Origin: Bispira polyomma | Lineage: Eukaryota | Direction of reading: 5' to 3' | DNA: 64,000 nucleotides | Assembly: GCA_965649765.1 (NCBI GenBank) | Contig: OZ287752.1 | Span: 17,360,001-17,424,000, forward strand | Part shown: in pieces, positions 23,601-36,399 of the stretch | Layout: every line of letters begins with the position of its first letter | How positions within the stretch are numbered: the first letter of the stretch is position 1 | Program-made: the position numbers and the translations under genes | Notes under the pieces: model-generated | Told to the model about the DNA's origin: nothing | Seen by the model: the letters and a program-made list of their open reading frames with translations, nothing else | Databases searched by the model: none

Positions 23601-26600
23601 GTGAAGCTACAGGAGGTAACCCACCTGAGGTGTTGTCTTATAGCTGGAGTTTTGTACCTCGGTATGAAGAGAGCAGTGATCCGAGTAGTGACACAGACAT
23701 AGAGTTACAGTTTGACAGTGTAGAGTACAGACAGGCTGGGGTGTACAGATGTGAGGTAACTAATGAGGGAGGTGTGAACAATGACAGCGTAGAACTGTTT
23801 GTGCAATGTGAGTAATATAATCATGTAAATATAGTACAATATGACATTGGAGAGTACACACAGGTTTAAATATATATTGGATGTTTTGTATAATATTCAT
23901 TAAATTACAACAATAATGCACATAAGCAAAAAATACAAATTATTGCCAATGTAACAGTTGCGACAATGGTTATATCGCAAAGGCATTAACTTCTTTATGT
24001 TTATAACATACAATATATGATAGAACTCGTGTGCCATATTAGTAATATTTCTGTAGTGTGTCTTCTACTTGAGAAACTTTATGTATTGTTTGTTAAAATT
24101 GTTCCTGTCAGTTTCCCCAGTAGATGTGAGTTCTTCCTTACAGAAGACTGCATATGCAGAAGTAAACATAAAGACTTTACTAAGCTGTACAGTGAGGGCT
24201 TATCCAGCAGTCACTGCTGATCATGTGGATATCATATTTGAAGGTTCTAAAATACCTGCTAATACTATACATGTGGAAGCAGTGGAGGATAAAGTGGATG
24301 AGACTCTTATAGAACTGACATTTGACCCTGTAACATCTGAGGACTTTGGTCTGTATCACGTTGTACTGAATAATGGTGTAGGGGACGAAATTATGGTTGA
24401 ACTAAGCTTGAGCGAACGAGGTGAGTAATCATTTTAAAGTTACAGAAAAAGTTTTTGATTAGGATCAATTATTAGTATAAATGATACATTTTATGTACAT
24501 ATTTGAGAAAGATACTACATATTAGAACACTACTGCTATCGATGATGGAAAAAAATTTCAACAACACTTATAAAAAGGCTTTGTTGTCTAGTAATTTAGT
24601 ATATATTCAGTTATTATACTTTACAGTGTAATTAAACAATTAACCATTGTTAATATATCAAATGTTCTTTGCTTTGTGAGGCTTTATTAGTTGGAGTTAT
24701 AACCTAAAAACTAAGAATATTGCACAAACTAAATCTGGGTAAACACTAGTTAGAGGAGGTCACTTTCAGTTAAGATGTCCATAATGACAAGTACAGAAAC
24801 ATTGTAGGGTATTATTTATTCGATACTTTACTTTGGAGATTAGCACCGACTTGGCATACAATATCTGGGTTATATCTCAAGTAGCATGAGATGTTTGTTG
24901 TAACAATTATCTCTAAAATGGTATAGCTCAAAATAAGGCAGAGCATTAATATTATCAATAATATTAGTTAGTTACTTCACATTTATTGATTAACTATTCA
25001 ATTACATATACATGTTTTTAGGTGTACCAGAAGCACCACATTCTTTGGTATTTGAGTCAGTAACTGCCATATCAGTAACCCTCTCTTGGATTTCTGGTCA
25101 GAGTCGTGGTGTAGAACAAACCTTTACAGTGTATTACAGACATCAAGGGGACACCAAAATACTATATCATGATGAAATCCGGACCATTGAAAATAAGAAA
25201 ATAAATGTATACAAAGTCTCAAGTTTATTACCTAATACTGAGTATTTCTTTAGAGTTAAAGCACAAAACCAATATGGAGAAAGTGAGCATCAACCTGAGA
25301 TATCAGTTACAACTTTAGGTACCTGCATTTGTTAAATTATACCACCATTATTACTTAATAAATACATATATTTGTCCAATGAGCTTTACAATTCATATGT
25401 ATTCTCCATGTTGTTTTTGTACAGTAATAATATACAATATTATGGTATATATGTACATGACATAGGCAGCAATTCGAACTTCTAAATACAAAAGTTTATA
25501 ATTATATATGCGGCATTGTGGGTAACACTTGTCCCTAGTAATGCACAGGTCCTAGTTTCAGTCCCAACTGCGTTCTTTAATGTATAGATAGGTACCACAT
25601 AAAATTGCGGTTCTCTGCCGTTTACTTCTGTCCTTAGTGGCAGATAAAAAACCTTGGGGATGTTGATGTTTTCATTCTCAAGTTTCTGTCTTCAGTTAGT
25701 AAAATGATGGTTGGCTGTAGTTGAGTAGATAATGACAGATAAATGAATTAACTATACATAGAAATCAAATACAAATTATCCCTCAAATATATCATTTACC
25801 ATATTTTTAGAGTTATATTTTCTAATATTTATGCTAGGATTACCATCAATGAAAGGGATATTGGAGGCACACCTATATAAAGAAATTGTGGTCTTGTACT
25901 GGGGACACATAGATGGGAATTACACAAGAGCTGCTTTATTGAAGTGTAACAATGGACGACAAAATTGCTTTTTAGTTTACAACATTACTGATGTCATTGT
26001 TACAATTTTTACAGTCTACACTGTATATGATGGAGAAGAGTACTATCTTGTAATATATCAGGATAATGATGAAGTAATAGCCCAAAAGTTTACCATGACA
26101 GACAAAGGTAAATTTAACTGTAAAAAACATGTTTGTCATACAGAAATATGGATACCATAACTTCTTCACTATAAACTGCATAATTTGTATAAATGTTCGA
26201 AGTTTAATTTTTCTCTTTGTAGCACCTTCTGCAGATATCATTAAAGAAAAAGACACTGGACTGATAGCGGCACTTGTAGTTACATCTACAATGGTTGGTG
26301 TACTTGCAGTTGCCCTAATTATACAGATTATTTGCCACAAAATGAGACTGAGGCATAATGATGACAATAACAATGGGTTTTCTGTAAGTAATAACAAGCA
26401 CAACACTATAATTAACAGACTCATATCATTCACAATCAGTAAGTGTTAATTGGTTACAGTTACTTCTGGTAACATGTTTATATTTTGTTGTGATATATTT
26501 TACAGAATCAAGGTCCAACAACATATGAAAATGTACCATCTACACATAAAATCAGCAACTATGAAATGACAAAACCAGAAGAACAAACACCAACGGCTGA

Positions 26601-26804
26601 ATATACAGATTTGAAGGTATGACCATCACATAATTGATACAAGAAAAATAATAACACCCAAATAGTATAACTGACAGAGAACAGATTTTTTTGAGTTGTT
26701 TAAACTTAATTATTTAAATGTTATTTTTTTTTCAGATATAAAATGTGTACTAAATGTGTACAATATTATTATTTCAGCAAGTGACATATGAAACCATTAA
26801 CTGA
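17222..26804 (+). CDS. Gene B: nephrin-like architecture IgSF receptor (7 Ig + FN3 + FN3-like + TM + ITSM/ITIM tail), ~1017 aa plus an unresolved leader; exons 17222-17602, 18938-19264, 19450-19746, 20198-20479, 20915-21226, 23529-23807, 24112-24420, 25022-25318, 25838-26107, 26223-26383, 26506-26616, 26778-26804
   Basis: All exons are open with canonical AG/GT; ectodomain exons are phase 1-1 with lengths divisible by 3; Ig C..W..C signatures. Confidence 0.9.
17955..18209 (+). pseudogene. 5'-truncated duplicate of the V exon (orphan half-V segment)
   Basis: Near-identical SRIEDSTLTSTS.QLVI.VNKQQDEEQEFRCRVV; lacks the first Cys strand; donor tttag|gtcagt retained. Confidence 0.85.
18938..19264 (+). 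CDS. Gene B Ig domain 2 exon
   Basis: IEGVQQTIEC...HQGQQVQC; canonical sites. Confidence 0.9.
19450..19746 (+). CDS. Gene B Ig domain 3 exon
   Basis: EDTPLTFTC..SIPLP..DNKAEFYC. Confidence 0.9.
20198..20479 (+). CDS. Gene B Ig domain 4 exon
   Basis: IECISTSANPEP..INGVIYKC. Confidence 0.9.
20915..21226 (+). CDS. Gene B Ig domain 5 exon (C2/CD80-like)
   Basis: VMCRTDEGNPTPTVRWY..LNGREYSC. Confidence 0.9.
23529..23807 (+). CDS. Gene B Ig domain 6 exon (I-set-like)
   Basis: EGSSLSLTCEATGGNP..YSW..QAGVYRCEVTN. Confidence 0.9.
24112..24420 (+). CDS. Gene B Ig domain 7 exon
   Basis: LLSCTVRAYP..EDFGLYHVVL; gtcag| and |gtgagt. Confidence 0.9.
25022..25318 (+). CDS. Gene B FN3 exon
   Basis: SVTLSW..LLPNTEYFFRVKAQN. 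Confidence 0.9.
25838..26107 (+). CDS. Gene B FN3-like or juxtamembrane domain exon
   Basis: Paralog of 8366-8635, same length. Confidence 0.85.
26223..26383 (+). CDS. Gene B transmembrane exon
   Basis: GLIAALVVTSTMVGVLAVALIIQIIC-HKMR. Confidence 0.9.
26506..26616 (+). CDS. Gene B cytoplasmic exon
   Basis: NQGPTTYENVPSTHKISNYEMTKPEEQTPTAEYTDLK. Confidence 0.85.
26778..26804 (+). CDS. Gene B terminal coding exon (QVTYETIN*)
   Basis: tttcag| acceptor; in frame with the preceding phase-0 donor. Confidence 0.75.
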   Translation, partial: QVTYETIN

Positions 26805-29179
26805 AGAATTGCTGCTTCAAATATGGATATCCCAAAGCATAACAGAGACATATATAGCAATAATATCAATGACTTGAGAAATGTTTTTATGGTAAAATAT
26901 TGCACAACCTTAACAAATACTTGTACTTTGTCTTCTGTATTCCCTAGTTATAGACCACATTGTACCATATATATACTTCACTAATCTTTTTATTTAATAT
27001 TCATTTCAGTATATCATAATATAAATACTTTTTTGGTATCATCTTGAAATTCAGAGAATATTTTACTTGCAAGGCTAAATCATTTTATCCTGTAACATCA
27101 AGCCCATCGTTAGAGCTGCATTTATGTGTATTCTATCACTTAAATAAATCACTTTCATGAAAACTCAACAGCCGATTATTCTTGGGGAAAATAGGTGTAC
27201 TCATCATTTGCAATATGCAGTGGAACAAATAAATAGTGAAGTAATTTTCGAACTCTTTAAGTCTTAGAATTGACTGGTACCAAACCTGAGTGACATAATC
27301 ATTGTGTAATTCACAAATAACCAACTGAAGTCAATCAAGCCATCTCAATCATCATGCCAAACTTAATTACATCTTATGGTAGCAAAAACAAAGGACATGC
27401 ATGCTAAAAAACATTTATCACATTTTGCATTTCTTGAAATATATGGCAAACAGTAGGGTTATAAATGACTATTACAAGCAGTTGGTCTTACCGATGTGTC
27501 TGATGTTATGTATACCAATGTTTCTTGGTTTGCATTATACTGCAAAGCTTATACAGCAGGATATAACCCATGTTTTTCGATTTGCATTATACTGCAAAAT
27601 CTATACTACATATAATAACTTGTATATTGCACCTTCTTTTCAAACAATGTGCGTTACATATGGTAGGTATCTTTTGTAAAATGAAGGAATTGCCTGTTAC
27701 TGACAACGTTTGTAACATTTTCTGACTAAATGCACTTTTGCAGGATTGGATAATCATTTGGTTGCCTAGAAACATGTTTGCATCATTGCAGATTTTGCTG
27801 ATGTTGTCATTAAATAAGATTTTAGTTCTGCTGTTTAGGGCTCCCACTTAATAGTTATTCTTTGTGGATTGTACTTCGTGGATAAAGTTGTATAACACTA
27901 ACCTGTCTGGCAGGTACAGCTCTTGGTGCCTTAAATCAGCATAAGTTACTAATGTTGGCTGAGTATAATAAACTTAACAGCTTTTGTATTGTAGTTTTAA
28001 TTAAATTAGTGCACCCAATCTTTTTGAACTGAAACATATTGAGTAAACACTTTGTCTATAAAGGCCATTTGCTAGCTCACATTTGGTCGACGTTTATATC
28101 CATATATTAAAGAGCCATTTTCCTATTAAATTCAATATCAGATGATATCAGAATTGTACTGGCCTAACTCTTTAAATAATCTAATCTCAGGATCATAATA
28201 TATTCAGCTATAATGCATGGTGTAAAGCTTTAGCTAAATTTACACATAATTTAGCCATCACTGACCGAAACCATTCTAAGGTTTGCCTGGCTTGAATCTT
28301 CGACTGCTATTAAATCCAACTATTGATGTCTGATACAGTAGGAAGACATTAGCTTATTGGCATAGTGATTAAAATGCATGTAAAAGGAAACTGGCTTTGA
28401 AATGAAATGTTTATAGTAAATTCTACCATTAAATAAAACTACAAGTTTCTAAATAAGTAAAACAATAAAGACACAAAACAGCATTGGTATATGTTAAAAG
28501 TTTCAATTAAGATTGCATTACATTAGTGGACATACCAGTGCCCAGTTATGACTGATATAAGTCATAATTATAATAAAAAAATTTAAGGGGCATAAAATTA
28601 TGATTAAATAAAAAATACACGTTGTGTGAACAACACTAAAAGTCCCATAAATAATTGCAATACAAAGTTTTTGAGTTATGACTTTACATATGACTTCTCA
28701 TGTAATGCTGTTACTAATGTATACACAAGCCCTTATATCTGTAAACGTGCTCCATGAATTAATTTATAGTGAGATTTTTAAGAGGACATTTTGATGCGTG
28801 TTTGCACAACAGGCCCCTTTAGGGCACTGATAGTTCAATCCACACCTTAAAGTTTATATACTTTACAACCTTAAATTTAGCTTTATCTGCACACCCCCAA
28901 AAATATGTATCAACCCTCAGCCAATCACAGCCCACACACATGCAGCTTAAGCTTCACTTTACAAACTCCATATTGAAATGGCCATTTTAAACTTCGATTT
29001 CATCAAGAAAACGAGTAGAAAATATTTGAAACCCACCACCTCCCCTAATCACAGCACATTGCTAGACTGGTGATCAATATTTTGTGATGATTGGATTTGG
29101 AGTAAGAATATATATGTGTTTCTATGTCTTAACTTACTTAGGTAATACTTTCCCTTAGGAAACTGGTTAGTGGATAAAC

Positions 29180-29565
29180 GACAGGTTCGAACCTGGGTTG
29201 TGTGGAGGGACTATTCTGTTCTTAATGTTCCCCTAGCTAGCCAGGTCATATAATGCAATTACAGAGGATGCCATGACTGACAGAATCGTCCTTCTGCTAG
29301 GTGGTTGATGCCATAGCCATCGGGTTCTTAACCTGTTTGACATTCTAATGCTTTGTATTTCTTTGTGACAGAATTATGGCCCAAATAGTTTCCAAAAAGA
29401 AACTTGGCGTCAAGGCTCAGGGCGAATTCGAGCCTGGTGCTGTGTGAAGGCGGGGTCCTGTTTCTTATCCCACCCCTGGGTCATATAATGCTTCACCAGG
29501 AGAAGGCATGACCGACAGGACTCCCCCTTTGCTAGGCGGCTGGTGCCACAGGCCACAGGTTCTAA
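29180..29565. repeat. Two diverged ~150-bp direct repeats with internal stems (SINE-like or structured RNA)
   Basis: Shared ctgtttctta..ggtcatataatgc..catgac.gacag..tgctagg.gg.tg.tgcca. Confidence 0.65.
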
Positions 29566-29814
29566 TTTTAGCGTCATAATTTTTGTCGTCATAATATTGT
29601 GAATATGATTACTGTGAAAAGTTAATAGACTAACAAAATTTTCAAACGTTTGAAATAATAATATTTAGAAGTATTTAGATTAAATTGGAAGTGAAATAGT
29701 AATTTTAACTGTTCTGAAAGTTTCAGAACTAAGTACCAAGCAAAGGAGACACACTGGCATAAGCTACTATATGCACTAGTTATGTTAGCATATTTGAAAA
29801 ACACAGTTTATTGG

Positions 29815-30240
29815 CAGTTTATGATGGAAGTGTATGTACTTTGTGTGGTAATAACGAGACCATTTATGATAGAATTATTTGTTCAAGTATTTTATTGTTT
29901 TTAATTGTGTATCCACTTATCGAGGTTTAAAATAACGAAGGGTAAAATATACTTTTTAAATGTTATTGTTTTATGTGTATCATTATGTACAGGCTAGTAC
30001 TATGTTAATTGATTGGCTAGTCCTATGTTGCTCTAGGGTTATTCCCCTTTGTGTTAGTTCCGATATTGGGGCTTAGTTTTTTTTTAAATTTTAAACATTT
30101 ATTTTACAAATTGTTAGCATGTATATATATACTAACATGTATATAAAAATGAACAGCTCAATTAGAAATCTGATCACTGACTTCCACAAAAATAATTTGG
30201 GCCAATAACTTATCTTACTGACTTCCACAGAAAATAACTG
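29815..30240. repeat. Inverted copy of the 14905-15320 interspersed repeat
   Basis: Reverse-complement similarity along its length. Confidence 0.8.
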
Positions 30241-31402
30241 CATGACACAACACGGTTTATTATAATAAACAGGTTTGTTACTTAAATTAATTAAACAAAA
30301 TAACTAAATAGGTTAATTAACTGTGCCACACAAACGACCCAGTAGTAAAATGACCGAGTGTTTCAAGTGGCCTTTCAGATCCAACCCAAACTCCTTGTCA
30401 CTGATGATGATAAAAAGGCCTACTCACTTAAGTACTAGTGGTACTGTTAATTCCAATACTACAACCACATCTGGCCGATTTCTGCAAACTTCTGTGAACT
30501 GTCTGGCAGGTGAACTAGAATAGTAGCTTAACTACACATTTACATCATTCTTAAAGGGGCACTGATTGTCCTTGAAAAGTTTGATATGTTTTCAATAACC
30601 CAGGTTGCTACCGTATGTCTTTTGAAGCCTTCCACTCAGTTGTCCCTTTATAAATCCACTTTTCGTTAAATTTCAGTGACGTTTAAATGTCTAGTGACCA
30701 CACAGGTAGAAATTAAATATACTATTATTATTAACCATGTGTGTATTTATATGAAATTTCAAGTATGGTCAGAGCCTCTCCTTAGTTTTGACCTTGACAA
30801 TAAAAAAACACTGAGCTTAAGGGTATTAGTTTATTTCTTTTATATTAATATATAAAATATGTATGTATAGACTAACTAAAATAAATGAAGGGGCACCCTA
30901 AGGCTACCTTAACTTCATCGTTTGTTTAAATTTTAGTTTGGGCTCAAGTTTCTGTTAGACTTGAGATAAGGTGTACCTAATTTAAATGTGGGTTAAGTTT
31001 AAGTTACATTTAAGTTACTGAAACATTGTTACGTGGTTATAATTATTTTTAAACGGCAAATATGAAACCCCACAGCCCAACTAGGAAGTAGAAGGTGAAG
31101 TGAGAATGTATTATACTTAAAAATGGATAAAGGCAATGTAATAGATAAATGTACTACTTATTTCAACAATACTTGAGTTTAACACGGTGTATTTATTTTC
31201 TTAGTATACCTATATATACCTCCTCTATATGTGTAACAAAATGTATAGTGTCAAATATTTGTATAATGCCTAAGTGTGTTTCAATGAGGAAATGTTTCTG
31301 TAAACACCAGAAATAAAATGTTACTTTATTAATATAGACATATATAAATCAAATGTATACAGATATAAGAACATACTCATAGGATATATTCTGTGAACCA
31401 AT

Positions 31403-31457
31403 ATGGAAAGGATACTTGTTATAACAATAATGATGTGTGTTTTATGCCTGTGTGTGG
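31403..31457 (+). CDS. Gene C signal-peptide exon
   Basis: Hydrophobic 18-aa leader, phase-1 donor g|gtaagt. Confidence 0.85.
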
Positions 31458-31812
31458 GTAAGTACTCTTTTTATACTATGAATATTCTGTTAAGGCTAAA
31501 TATTGTTAGTGGAGAGGCTAAATGGTTAATGGTACATAACTTAATCAATGGTACTGTATTTTATGATTTCTATGTTAACATTTTGCTTCTTAACATAAAA
31601 TATGTAACTGCATTCACTTAATAAGCAACAAGAGTATAATATTCAATATACTGAATAAACCCGATATTTTTGGTCTTACTTATGTTTCTTGAAAAACTTT
31701 GCATTTAAAATTTTTGCAGAAAGAGACACACCTGCAACATCTATTGACCTAAATAATGATATCATACATAAACATTAGTTATAGAAATAAAGTAATCTGC
31801 ATTTTGTTTCAG

Positions 31813-32142
31813 CTACCACGTGTCCTAATTCAGGCAATGCATATGACAAAGAAGAGTTTGCAGAGGCTGGAGGTTCAGTAAGTTTACAGTGTGGCTCACT
31901 CGGTGAGGATACTATTGTAATCTGGTACTACAAAGGAATATCAGTCATTGTTGGCCACAACCTTGAGAGTGACACTGGACCTGTGTATCCTGATGAAGAC
32001 AACTACCCCAGGTCAAAGTACAGCTATAGTGAAGTGGATTACTCACTGACTATACACAATGTGGGATTGGAGGACCTGGATTGTTTTAAGTGTACAACAA
32101 ATCCATCTAACAGGCAAATTACCACTCTGGTTACACTTATAG
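31813..32142 (+). CDS. Gene C V-set Ig exon (open)
   Basis: GGSVSLQC..IVIWYY..YSLTIHNVGLEDLDCFKC. Confidence 0.85.
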
Positions 32143-32844
32143 GTATGTATGCAGCACCAAACTATGTAATGATTACAAAATTCAATAGATTTATTTATTA
32201 TGTGTGTTCTACAGAAATTAGGAGAGTAAAACATCTAGAAAATGTGTTTTGTCCACGTCTATGCTGTTGCTTTAGAGGTTATATTGCCTGTCGGGCAATA
32301 AGAAAATTAGTAATCATTCATATTTTACTATGGCTGGTAATTATGTGCTTTAAGGATACTGCTGTCCAACCAGGTTTCTCGTATATGAATATTATGAATC
32401 CAGTAGGAGTGCATAGTCGATATTTGGCCATGAATGGTTTTCAAGTTTGAGCCAAATAATATAATATCCATCCAAGACTTCAGATTAATTGTTCAGATGT
32501 GAATTGACACGAGTTGAGATCACAAAAACAAACTTTTTAACACATACAAGTGTAGGCATAAACAAAGAAAGCTTCCCTTAAATGCATCCACACCATTATC
32601 TGTATCAGGCTTGTAGGTAACTAATAGGTCAAAGTATTTTGCTAAAAATGTAAAATACAGTATAACAGATTGAGGGATTCATGGAAACAAAAATGTTAAA
32701 CTCCTCATGTGCAAAAGAATTTACCCTTTTGGGATCAAATTTATTAATTTAGTTGAACCAAAGTTGTTAAACAAGTAACATTAAAAAATCCCCACCACCT
32801 GGTGTGTAATGCACACAAATACAGCGTTCAAATAGATTGGTTCG

Positions 32845-32990
32845 CGTTTAACAGCTTAGGTTATATCATGAGGGCCAGATTCATTGGTGGAAGAAATCAG
32901 TGTTGGAGCACTGAAAACCACTAGTTTATGACAAATCCCTACCAGTGATAGTTAGGCAGGCAATTCTAACCACTAGGCCTCCACAACCCC
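32845..32990 (-). mobile_element. Degenerate tRNA-derived SINE
   Basis: Reverse complement of ggcctagtggttag head and a catgatataacc..gttaaac tail. Confidence 0.5.
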
Positions 32991-35900
32991 TATGTCTTGG
33001 ATATTTTGTACATGTTATTGCGTTGTTATACCTTTATTACAGCCAAAGCGGCTTGGTATGATGAATCCTCACATGTCTGGCACTATGACCTAGTGTGTAA
33101 TGCACTCATTGGATGTGTATAACTATTCAAACTTATACCATGCATTGTTAGGTCAATCCATCAAAGTTAATTGATTTTGCAATTTTTCTGTAAACCAAAG
33201 AAATATTCACTTAAATGTCTTAATTTTTTTTTCTTATTGTTGGTCATTTATTTTATGTTTAATGACACCACAGATACCAAGCTTCACAGTATTACCCACT
33301 TTTCAAGAGAACACAGATATTTCCGTCCAGTGTAAAGTGTCAACAGTAAAACCAGGGAAGGGAAGTATCCAGTTTACTGTCAGAGTAGTTCCAGACTTTA
33401 GTGTTGAGAGTTCAGACAGTGAGTTGTCAGAAGAAGAGGTAGACTCTAATACAGGAGCTGTGTCAGTGAGTTACACTACAGAGATCAGACTACAGAGAAA
33501 ACACAATGGGCAGGATACAGTGTGTGAACTAGAGTGGAGAGGAGAAACCTTTACTTCTAATACACAACAGGCTAATGTTGAATGTAAGTGGTAAATTAGT
33601 TATATTATGTAGCTAGGTTTTTAAATTAGTAAATATTACTAGTTAATTAAGGAGTGACCTTTGTTCAACAGTAATAGATGGTACTCTGACTTTATGATAC
33701 CATTGTTCTTCAGTGTTTAATTAAATAAATGCTATATCTCTTTCAGTCAAAGCCTATCAATTGGCTATAGATGGTGAACCAACAGACTTAGTAGAAAAGA
33801 ACACAGGTATAACAGTGGTGTGTAGAACAGATGAAGGTAATCCTACACCCACAGTGAGGTGGTACAGAGGTGACCAGACTGTACCTGTAGATACTGACTT
33901 GGAGGTTGTAACTAATATGGAGACTGATGGTTCACTGTACAATGGTAAAGTGAGTGTAAGTACACTTAGTCTACAGGTTGATAGCACTCTAAATGAAAAA
34001 AGTGTATAGATGTAATGTAGAAGATACTAGTTTAAAGGAATAATTTGAACTGGAAGTGGCATGTAAGTTATTATAATTAATTTTAAGTGAATTCAACAGG
34101 TAAATCTAGATGTTTGTGAAAGAAAGATTTGTAACTGTCCCAAATTAATAGTAGGAGAGTGATTAGTTACTATTAAATCACATAAAGATATGAAGCACTA
34201 TATGCTACCGAGGGTATGAAAATGTTAAGACTTGACATTACTGTTTAGGTTCATCAGAGATTGGGGAAGAAGGTCCATTAACATCTTCAATATAGAAATA
34301 TGTTATAACATACATCCTGTTGTTTTATTTTTCATTTTTTTTATCCTTTATGATATCAACAGGATAAGCAAGGTTATCAAAAATAAATAATGTCAGATAG
34401 AACATTTTGTCCTGACTAATAAACAATGCTAAATGAATATATGTTCATTCACTTTGTATTATTTCAAAACTATGTCATCTATATGTTGTTGTTTTTTTTT
34501 GCAGTCGGTTAAGTATTTGAAAAATATAGTATCTGGATGAATTGAAAAAGTGTTTTTACTCAAATAAAATGTGTCAAAACATGATGTAGAAGTTTTTTTA
34601 ACTAACTGAAACTAATTTAATTAAGAAATTTCAATGAAAATAGATATTATTATTATTGCAAAAAATTATCAATGGAAGTTACAATAGTAACCAAGCATAT
34701 TTTTGTTTTCATCTGCCACTTTGGTTTAATGGGTATCACTACACCTCTTCGTCATCAGGTATTTTCACCTACTTTAACTTCAACAACTTCTCTAACACAA
34801 TATGAATGGTATGAGATTGTTATAGATGCAAATAGACTACAATAGACGAATATCATAACATAAAATACACAATGTAGCTACAGAATTATGGAATACTTTT
34901 ATTACCACCATTTACTGACCATCACCTTCTTAGGCATATTAAGGAGGATTGAGAATATATTTATAACTTTTCTCACTATCTCTTTTCAGCGTCACAGTGT
35001 GAATGGTACTTTAATATTGAATATTTAATATTTTTGATTTAAATATTACTGCTCTAGGTAACGGTAAGCTAATACTGTTTTCAGATATTTGTAAGGATGT
35101 TTTAATATACAACATCCTGGATTAACTTCATTCTAACGTTTGATCCTGGAGAAATTACTTTGACCTGAAGTCATTGTCCTCACTGGATCTCAGGAAGTAC
35201 ATGTTACTTTTCAAATTAATACTGTTGGGATATTCTGCCTGATACAATTTTGGCAGATATTTTAAAAATCAAAGAAATACATGCAGAATTCATTGATGTA
35301 ACTACGAATCTACAAGAAGTGTGTCAGCAAAACAAACTATCAGTGTAAATGATTTGCAGTTTGCTCTGATGCAACATATATATTTCTGAGCATAAAATCA
35401 AACTGTTACTATATCTCAGAGGTTGAATATTGTTCAAAAAAGTTCTGATTAAATTATGTTTGTACCAATAGTTAAACAAACACATAAAATGTTCACCAAT
35501 AAACTAAGCTCTGTGTGAAAGAGGTTACTTGGACCTATTCTACTTTACTTTTTTGAAAATATACTTCATTTATCTATTACTTATATTCTTCTAAACAGAA
35601 AGATATATTGCATATTTCATTTTTGTATAATAGGGAAACATAAGTGAGGTGTGCCAGCATTATGTCACAACAGAAAGGCGTTTCTCTTAGGTTTGTTCAC
35701 AATATGACATTCCTCTGTAGATTTGAAATTGTGTGACGTCACGATACAAGAATCGTTGTAGCTCTGTTTTAAACACTGTGGTACATAATATTAAGGTTTG
35801 AAAAAATGCATATAAAATGGTTAAAACCATTTTAAGACTGCCATAGTAAGCATATAGGCTAAACAAAACATTCATCAATGTATTATGAATCTCTGCCGGC

Positions 35901-36399
35901 AGCGAATTTATGTGTTTACATTACTAAAGCCTTAAGTAAAACTTTTTAAAATTTGCAATAATTTGTCATGTTTATGTGTCAAACTAGCTCATATTCATGA
36001 CTTTTTCATTCTCCTTTGTCAGTGTTAAGGTCATGTTATATTAGTCTATTTAAATAATCCTGAACCAACTTTATAATGGCCAATTGTGCATAGTGAGTTA
36101 ACATGTCAAGGGTAATTTCAAAAGTACATCATGTTATAAAGTTGTTTACTATGTCGCAAGTTTCAGCTCGTAGTATCACCATGACCCAGCCTCCCTCTGG
36201 TCCAGTCTCTGAGAACACAGAAGTGACCTACACCTGTGTGACTGATGAGGCTCAACCTACTGCTGATGTGGTGGGGACTGTAGGAGGAAACAGTGATAGT
36301 TCTACTAGTGACACTACAGAGGTGGGGATGTATAACACAGACCAAAGGACAAGTGTGTTAGAGCTGAGGGTGGACACAACAATGAATGACAAGGAACTG

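Noticed and set aside
26596-26804. YTDL...YETI as an ITAM
   Set aside because: The spacer is 4 aa; the ITAM consensus needs about 6-8
17222-26804. Assigning the symbol NPHS1/syg-2 or hemicentin
   Set aside because: The architecture is only broadly similar; the tail is short, the family is tandemly expanded, and orthology cannot be shown without a phylogeny
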